Below, in pieces: positions 57,690 through 64,000 of a stretch of DNA of 64,000 bases. The translations under genes were made by a program, and so were the position numbers. This DNA comes from Nitrospinales bacterium (GTDB lineage: Bacteria > Nitrospinota > Nitrospinia > Nitrospinales > VA-1). Each line of letters starts with the position of its first letter. The stretch's first letter is position 1. The notes under the pieces were generated by a model, which worked only from the letters and a program-made list of their open reading frames with translations, ran no database searches and was not told the origin of the DNA. The stretch lies in the NCBI GenBank assembly GCA_047610985.1, contig JBLFWU010000010.1, forward strand, positions 6,502 through 70,501. Reading direction: 5' to 3'.

Positions 57690-58701
57690 ATCGTCTTTAT
57701 TTTGTTTTCACGCGCTGTTTTTTACAACAGTTTTTGTGCTGGTTGGTTTAAATTCCAATGCTCATGCTGAAAAAAAACATACCATCAAGTTTGCCACTTT
57801 GGCTCCCGAAGGCTCCTCGTGGATGAAGTCATTACGTCGGTTTTCTGGGAAAATAAAAAAAGCCACCGAAGGAAATGTTTCGTTTAAATTTTATCCAGGC
57901 GGAGTGTCAGGTGATGAAAAAGATGTGATACGAAAAATGCGTATCGGTCAGTTACATGGGGCAGGTTTTACGGGGGTTGGGTTAGGGGCAATTCTTCCGG
58001 AGGTGAGGGTACTCGATTTGCCGTTTCTCTTTCAGTCGGATCAAGAAATAGAGCACGTTTATCAGGCGATGAACGATTACTTCGTCGAGCGTTTTGAAAA
58101 GAAGGGCTACATTTTGTTAGGCTGGGTTCCTGTTGGGTGGATTCATTTCCTATCACAAAAGCCCATTCAAACAGTGGCCGATCTGCGTGAATCCAAACCC
58201 TGGTTATGGGAAGGCGACCCGTTAGTGGAGGAGGCTTATGAGGGCATGGATGTCCAGCCCATTCCACTTTCGATAACGGATGTATTGCTTTCTTTGCAGA
58301 CGGGTATGGTGGATACGGTGTACTCCTCCACTCAGGGAGCACTGGTTTTGCAATGGTTCTCTAAAGTGAAGCATATTACACGCTTACGAATGGGCTATGC
58401 GACAGGTGGCGTTTTAATATCAAAGAAAAAGTTTAAAAAACTTCCTCCCGCTTATCAGGAAGTACTAAAAAAAATCGGTTCGGAATGTTTGACGGAGTTA
58501 TCGACGGTTATTCAGAAGGATAATTTGAAAGCCGAAAAAGTATTAGAAAATAATGGGATTAAATGGGTGCCGCAACCAGACCCTGCGGCTATAAAAATGT
58601 TTCAGCAAGCGGGCGCAACAGCCAGGCAAAACTTAATCGGAAAACTGTTTTCGCCGGAATTGTTAAACAAGGTGTTGCGGCATTTGGATGAAGTTCGATG
58701 A
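57673..58701 (+). CDS. TRAP transporter substrate-binding protein (DctP/TatP)
   Basis: IKFATLAPEGSSW, YPGGVSGDE..VIRKMRIGQL, LQTGMVD. Confidence 0.9.
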   Translation: MMNYFKSSLFCFHALFFTTVFVLVGLNSNAHAEKKHTIKFATLAPEGSSWMKSLRRFSGKIKKATEGNVSFKFYPGGVSGDEKDVIRKMRIGQLHGAGFTGVGLGAILPEVRVLDLPFLFQSDQEIEHVYQAMNDYFVERFEKKGYILLGWVPVGWIHFLSQKPIQTVADLRESKPWLWEGDPLVEEAYEGMDVQPIPLSITDVLLSLQTGMVDTVYSSTQGALVLQWFSKVKHITRLRMGYATGGVLISKKKFKKLPPAYQEVLKKIGSECLTELSTVIQKDNLKAEKVLENNGIKWVPQPDPAAIKMFQQAGATARQNLIGKLFSPELLNKVLRHLDEVR

Positions 58702-58722
58702 AAAGAGGGTTGTGAAGGTTGC

Positions 58723-59754
58723 TTAAAAAAAGGTTTCGATTTTCGCTTTTTTTCTAAGTTCTTCAACATAGCTGGCAACTTGCTTTTTGGCTTCTTCAAG
58801 AAATAGATACTTTTGAATTCCCGGTTTCATTTCATCAAAGGGGGCTGTTTCAGAAGTTTTAGTTTCTATGAGTTGAAGCACGTGAAATCCAAACCGCGTT
58901 TTTATTTTTCCTGAAATTTCTCCGGGTTTTAACTTTCCGGCAGCTTCATCGAAGCTGGCATCGAAGACCCCTTTATAGATAAAATCCAAATCTCCCCCGT
59001 TTTCCCGGGATGATTCATCATCGGACTGGTTTTTTGCCACTTCTTCAAAGTCGGTCCCTTTTTTTAGATCGGCAATTACCTTGTCGATTTTTTCTTCTGC
59101 TATTCGTGCAAAATATTCTTTATTTTTTTTCAACTCTTCAATAGTTTGGTTTCGCAACGCCTCAGGTGGAAAAAATGCTGCGAGGATATGTCGTGTGTGA
59201 TATGCCTCGGGGCGCACAAATTTAGGCTTGTTATTGTCGTAATATTTTTTTACTTCTTCATCGGAAATATTGATCTTTCCTTTTATCTGTACGTTGAGCA
59301 ATTGACGAGCATTGATGTCAATTTGCATTGATTTTTTTATGTCTTCCAGAGTTATATTTCTATCTTTTAGTGCTTTCGTAAAATCTTCTTCGGAAGAGTA
59401 GGATGCACGAAGCGATTTCATTTCCTTGTCGATTAACTCGCTATCTATTTTTAGATTTTCTTTTTCCCCTTGCTGATTGACCAATTCTCGTACCACTTCT
59501 TTTTCAATCAAGTCTTTTGCAATACTGGTTTTTTCTTTCACGGTCAGAGGACGAGGAACCGTTCTTAAAATTTGATTCAGTCGAAACTCGATATATTTGG
59601 ACTCGATTTCAACTCCGTTTACACGGGCAACCAGTTTTGGGATATCGATATTAAGTTTGGGTGCCGGGCGCGTTTGCGCTTTGATATTTCCGAGGAAAAT
59701 GAATGAGAAAACTAAGCTGAGAACTAATGCAGGATAAATAGTACGAGTTGTCAT
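58723..59754 (-). CDS. Parvulin-type peptidyl-prolyl isomerase (SurA/PrsA-like)
   Basis: VARVNG, SurA_N-like helices, HIL, FEEVAKNQS, GGDL, GFHVL. Start at 59754 (track 59832). Confidence 0.92.
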   Translation of the reverse strand: MTTRTIYPALVLSLVFSFIFLGNIKAQTRPAPKLNIDIPKLVARVNGVEIESKYIEFRLNQILRTVPRPLTVKEKTSIAKDLIEKEVVRELVNQQGEKENLKIDSELIDKEMKSLRASYSSEEDFTKALKDRNITLEDIKKSMQIDINARQLLNVQIKGKINISDEEVKKYYDNNKPKFVRPEAYHTRHILAAFFPPEALRNQTIEELKKNKEYFARIAEEKIDKVIADLKKGTDFEEVAKNQSDDESSRENGGDLDFIYKGVFDASFDEAAGKLKPGEISGKIKTRFGFHVLQLIETKTSETAPFDEMKPGIQKYLFLEEAKKQVASYVEELRKKAKIETFF

Positions 59755-59872
59755 GGGTCTACTTATTTGAAATGTTATTAAGTCAGAATGGTGTGAGGAT
59801 ATCATCCATGAAATTAAGTTGCAATACCTCAAATTGACTGATTAGCAAGGCTGTGGGAGAATCCAAAGTTAT

Positions 59873-62500
59873 ATGATGTCAAAAATTTCAAAAACCTCAC
59901 AATCCAGAATTAATTTGATCGCCTACGCTTGCCTGTTTGCTTCGGGTATGGCGACGTTGGTCTATGAACTGATTTGGTTTCGTTATCTGACTCTTATTTT
60001 TGGAGCAACTTTATATGCTTTGAGCGCTGTATTATGTGCCTTCATGCTGGGTCTTGCGGGCGGTGCCTGGGGGATGGGGCGTATCCTTGCAAAAGGTAAC
60101 GGATCGAAGCGACTGATTCTATGGTATGGCATTTTTGAAGGATTGATAGGATTGTATGCCTTGTCCTTTCCGCTAGGATTGGAATTGTTGGAAAAAATTT
60201 ATCCTCTAGTATTGCCAGCAGATGGACAAGCCGGACTTGGGCTCCATATCATGGAGTTCCTGTTGGGTACGCTTTTGATGCTTCCCGCTACTTTATTAAT
60301 GGGAGCGACACTTCCATTGGTCAGCTGCTGGGCTGTGGGAGATGAAAGACGACAGGTTTTTTCCACAGTTTCTCTTTTGTATGGGTGGAATACTATGGGC
60401 GCCGTTTTTGGCTGTCTTTTTACGCAATTTTTTGCGATTCAGCTATGGGGAGTTCAAGGGGCGATCAGGTTCGGTGTGTTGCTCAATGTTCTGGTATTTT
60501 TGGTATGTTTTGTTTGCGGACGTATTTTTTATCAGGTAGAGCCGCCGTCTTCCAGCGTAAAACAAGAAAACAACAGTTCTACTACTGATGAAGACACTGG
60601 AAGCATAAATCTTTTGATTTTTGTGATGTTTGCCTATTCCGGTATGGCATCCCTTTCCAGCGAAATTCTCTGGACGAGGATTCTAGTTTTTCCCATGGGA
60701 ACAACGCTTTTTTCTTTTGCGCTGATTCTTGCCACCTTTTTGTCTGGCATCGCGCTTGGCAGTCTAGTTGCCAGGAGGCTGCTCGGTGAGTCCAATTGGA
60801 TATTAAAATTTATCCTGATTGAGATTTCTATTGGATTGGTCTGTATTGGAATTTTACCCCTGCTGGAGAACCTGACCGAGTGGACTTCGCTGGCAGATCA
60901 ATTTTTTTATAGTATAGAAAATTCTCAAGAGAAAACACTCTTCATTAGATTTCTTTTTGCATTTGGTTTGATGTTCATTCCCACTTTTGGTTTTGGCCTG
61001 TTGTTCCCGCTGGCAAATCATATTTATTCGTTTCGGTTGCAAGCAGTGAGCAAATCCATTGGCAATGTCTACTCCATTAATACATTGGGTGGAGTGCTGG
61101 GAACCATATTGACAACGTTCGTATTTATTCCTCTCTTTGGCATTCGCTTATCAATTTATCTGATTTATGCTGTGTTGATTTTGTTTGGAGTTTTTGCGCT
61201 AGCAAAATATCGAAAACAGAATCCAGTTCTAATATCGGCTTTGGTATTGGTTGTGTTGATAGTCGGAAAAACGGTTTTTGTGCCCCAGATAGAAACAGGG
61301 AAATCAGGGGTTCATAATCTTGCCCGATTGGAAATAAATGTTCCCGAAGAGAGAATAAAGCTGCTTGACTATAAGGAGGGGGAGTTTTCCACGATCAGCG
61401 TGGTGGAAGATACTGAATCTGGGGCACGAACCATTTATTTGGATGGGTTCAGCACCGCTACGGTTTCCAGATCCTTTTCCGGAAGTACTTATATGCAGGC
61501 TATGGGGTTTGTTCCCATGGTGCTTCATCCAGAACCAAAAAATGTTCTGGTGATTGGATTCGGAACCGGTAACACCCTGGGTATCGCCTCCCTGTTCCCG
61601 AACGCGAATGTCCATGGAGTGGAGATCGATAAGAATGTTTTAAAATTTTCAAAATGGTTTTCCGATTGGAATCACGATGTTTTAAAGCGGCCCAATACGA
61701 AAATGTTTATCCAGGATGGACGAGCTTTTTTGCGTTGGTCGAAAACTCGCTATGATGTCATCATCATGGAGCCAATGTCCCCATTGCAGGCAGGCGTCGT
61801 TAATCTCTACTCTAAAGAATTTTATGAGCTGGCTTTGGATCATTTGGAAGAAGATGGGATTCTGGTACAGTGGCTACCGTTACATCTGGTAGGGCGTGAG
61901 GATGCTCGATCCATTACCCAGACTTTCAATAATGTGTTCCCAGAATCTTCTGTCTGGAACAGTTTTTTGACCCGCATTGTTCTTTTAGTAGGATCGCGTG
62001 AAAAAGTAAATATTGATAGAAAACTTTTCGATACCAAATTGAAAAACCCGGAACTAAAAAAAGTTGCGGAAGAAATGAAAGTCATGTCTTTTTTGGACTT
62101 CGCCGATTTTTTTATTACGGATGGTAACCGCTTATCTGCTTTTCTGGCGAATGCAGGTGAAATATCTGATGACCGGCCGATTCTGGAATTTTCTACAGTA
62201 TCTCTTTTACCGCCTTTAAAATGGGAAACAGATGAAGTTTTTTTAAATATGTTGCGTCACCGTATAAACCAGAGTCCTCCTGTAACGGGAATGACCTTGC
62301 AAGAACGGGAAGTATTTGATCGTGATTTTAAATTGAGAACCGCACAAAGACTGGCGGTGTTCTCGCGCAGGTATCAGGGGCCAGGAGCAGAAGCTTTTGC
62401 GAGGCGCAATTATTTTTCTGGATTGGAAGAAATGAACATTTACTTTGATTCCTTTTCAAAACCACAAGTTCATTTGGATGCAGCCCAATGGCAAAGATGA
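59873..62500 (+). CDS. Multi-TM membrane domain fused to spermidine-synthase-like SAM-binding domain
   Basis: Two homologous TM halves (SG...L.YE..W.R and SG...L.SE..W.R), then VLVIGFGTG, VEID, DGRAFL, NLYSKEFY, QWLP. Confidence 0.88.
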   Translation: MMSKISKTSQSRINLIAYACLFASGMATLVYELIWFRYLTLIFGATLYALSAVLCAFMLGLAGGAWGMGRILAKGNGSKRLILWYGIFEGLIGLYALSFPLGLELLEKIYPLVLPADGQAGLGLHIMEFLLGTLLMLPATLLMGATLPLVSCWAVGDERRQVFSTVSLLYGWNTMGAVFGCLFTQFFAIQLWGVQGAIRFGVLLNVLVFLVCFVCGRIFYQVEPPSSSVKQENNSSTTDEDTGSINLLIFVMFAYSGMASLSSEILWTRILVFPMGTTLFSFALILATFLSGIALGSLVARRLLGESNWILKFILIEISIGLVCIGILPLLENLTEWTSLADQFFYSIENSQEKTLFIRFLFAFGLMFIPTFGFGLLFPLANHIYSFRLQAVSKSIGNVYSINTLGGVLGTILTTFVFIPLFGIRLSIYLIYAVLILFGVFALAKYRKQNPVLISALVLVVLIVGKTVFVPQIETGKSGVHNLARLEINVPEERIKLLDYKEGEFSTISVVEDTESGARTIYLDGFSTATVSRSFSGSTYMQAMGFVPMVLHPEPKNVLVIGFGTGNTLGIASLFPNANVHGVEIDKNVLKFSKWFSDWNHDVLKRPNTKMFIQDGRAFLRWSKTRYDVIIMEPMSPLQAGVVNLYSKEFYELALDHLEEDGILVQWLPLHLVGREDARSITQTFNNVFPESSVWNSFLTRIVLLVGSREKVNIDRKLFDTKLKNPELKKVAEEMKVMSFLDFADFFITDGNRLSAFLANAGEISDDRPILEFSTVSLLPPLKWETDEVFLNMLRHRINQSPPVTGMTLQEREVFDRDFKLRTAQRLAVFSRRYQGPGAEAFARRNYFSGLEEMNIYFDSFSKPQVHLDAAQWQR

Positions 62501-62877
62501 AAGGTCTTTTGAAATTCAGTGGTGGCGATAAAATTCTGATTGCTCTTTGTATTTTGTTCAACGCCGGACTTTTTTATTATTTTGGTTCAGGTATGGGGCA
62601 GGGCAGTTGGGTGGTGATTGAGGTAGATCAAAAAAGAGTTGCTCGCTATGCCCTGTCTAAAGACCGAATTACCCATGTCGAAGGGCCGTTGGGTATAACC
62701 AAGATTGAAATTCGCGATGGAAAAGCACGAATTTTACGGTCCCCCTGCAAGCTGAAAGTTTGTATAAAATCGGGTTACATCCAATATGCAGACCGAATTT
62801 CAGTTTGTCTCCCTAATAGGGTAGTCGTGAGAATTGAAGGTAATGCCGAAAGAGGGCTGGATGCAGTAGTGAGTTGA
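62488..62877 (+). CDS. NusG domain II-containing protein (DUF1312-like)
   Basis: N-terminal TM, GPLG...IEI, SPC..KVC..SG.I, CLPNRVVVRI. Confidence 0.85.
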   Translation: MAKMKGLLKFSGGDKILIALCILFNAGLFYYFGSGMGQGSWVVIEVDQKRVARYALSKDRITHVEGPLGITKIEIRDGKARILRSPCKLKVCIKSGYIQYADRISVCLPNRVVVRIEGNAERGLDAVVS

Positions 62878-63007
62878 TCTTGAAGAAAGTAGTTCCAAGC
62901 GGGGGACTGATTTGCAATTGGGGGCTGGTCACTGAAGCTCTTTTTTGTTAGCCTCTCATACTCTAAGTCTATAGAACGTAATCGCAAACCTTTAAGTAAA
63001 TTATATT

Positions 63008-63901
63008 TTGCCTTTTTTAGAATCTAAAAAACTGGATTTAATATTCAAACTGCTGATCGGGATTGACCTGATTGCCATGTTGATTATTTTTATTCATGCT
63101 CGTATTTGGCCAGATTTTCCGTTTCCCCATATCGGATCTAGATTGAATAACCCATTTATGTTTTTTCTCATTCTTTTGATTTTGCGGGGATGGGTCAACT
63201 CAGATTTTCGAGGAAAACAACTTTCTTTGATAAAAAGGGTTACAACGGAGGAGCCCATCCGCATCTACTTTTTCTCTATCCTTTTAATGATGCAGGTTGG
63301 ATTGGAAATAATGTGGTTTCGGCATCCGTGGGATTTTTTTTGGAACCTGAATGCTGAAAAAGGCTATGGAACCCTCTTTGCCACGGCACAACTATTTATT
63401 TTAGGGATGGTTGTGCTTATTACTGCACGTGCAGATTATGGCGAGAGTGCCCCCTGGGGTGAAAAACTTCCCTGGTTCATGGTCGCTTTCGTATACTTTT
63501 TTATTGGTCTGGACGATTGTGTGGGTATCCACGAAAACTTTATTGCAATTGGAGGGAAACTGGCTCTTGATTCGGTAATGTTTCATTTTATTCACGAATG
63601 GTTATGGTTTTATGGCCCTGTTGCTGTGGTAGTGGTGATATTTTTTGCGAGATTTTTTTTGCAACGCTTTTCTTATTCCCCAAAAATAATGGGTATGATG
63701 TTTGTGGCCCTGACGTTGTGGGTTGGGGTTCTGGTTCTCGAAGGTCTTTCAAAAAAAGTAGTCGATCCTTTGAGTTATGATTACACTCGAATATTGATCG
63801 GGATCGAAGAAGGTTTTGAGATGCTGGGGGCAACGCTTTTTATTATAGGGTTTAGTAAGCATCTTAAAAATTTGCAGGAAAAATCTGGTCCTAAGTTTTG
63901 A
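63008..63901 (+). CDS. Hypothetical multi-TM membrane protein
   Basis: About 8 hydrophobic segments; LNAE, LDD...IHE and IEE.FEM motifs. Confidence 0.75.
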   Translation: MPFLESKKLDLIFKLLIGIDLIAMLIIFIHARIWPDFPFPHIGSRLNNPFMFFLILLILRGWVNSDFRGKQLSLIKRVTTEEPIRIYFFSILLMMQVGLEIMWFRHPWDFFWNLNAEKGYGTLFATAQLFILGMVVLITARADYGESAPWGEKLPWFMVAFVYFFIGLDDCVGIHENFIAIGGKLALDSVMFHFIHEWLWFYGPVAVVVVIFFARFFLQRFSYSPKIMGMMFVALTLWVGVLVLEGLSKKVVDPLSYDYTRILIGIEEGFEMLGATLFIIGFSKHLKNLQEKSGPKF

Positions 63902-63910
63902 TTCCGATTT

Positions 63911-64000
63911 TTAGCGCAGGCGGTTCAATACGGCTAAAACATCTTGATATCTTGGGAGGGCCAGATTGCCGTTATTGTAGGGGGTAATACTGTCCAGTTT
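63911..64000 (-). CDS. 3' end of a gene starting outside the window
   Basis: Open frame KLDSITPYNNGNLALPRYQDVLAVLNRLR* converging on the previous gene. Confidence 0.5.
   Translation of the reverse strand, partial: KLDSITPYNNGNLALPRYQDVLAVLNRLR

Noticed and set aside
1-64000. tRNA, rRNA, CRISPR arrays, integrase or defence genes
   Set aside because: None recognised by eye; tRNAscan, Infernal and CRISPR finders would be needed to exclude them formally.

Overview
Mostly core-genome region of a Gram-negative bacterium. Gene content and style suggest a Nitrospinota-like marine organism, but that is inference only. The left ~6.5 kb looks accessory: a PAS protein cut by the window edge, a CheB-CheR-PAS fusion whose 5' end is frameshifted at a G10 tract, an IS1182-like fragment, a GC-richer proline iminopeptidase-like gene and an AT-rich orphan. 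The rest holds an AsmA-like protein, a MacAB-type efflux operon, ispH plus squalene synthase, sdhCAB, the rimP-nusA-infB-rbfA-truB-rpsO-pnp cluster with an internally deleted DUF503 gene, proS, rseP, lolA, purN, c-di-GMP/HDOD signalling genes, greA-trmB, a TatT/TatP TRAP pair and a membrane spermidine-synthase-like fusion. The two most unusual elements are (1) a single ORF fusing an NtrX-like receiver, a degenerate sigma54-type AAA+ domain and an HTH to an apparently intact LpxC lipid A deacetylase, and (2) a PEP mutase fused to a C-terminal nucleotidyltransferase, sitting in a housekeeping gene run with no other phosphonate genes. I recognised no tRNA, rRNA or CRISPR array.
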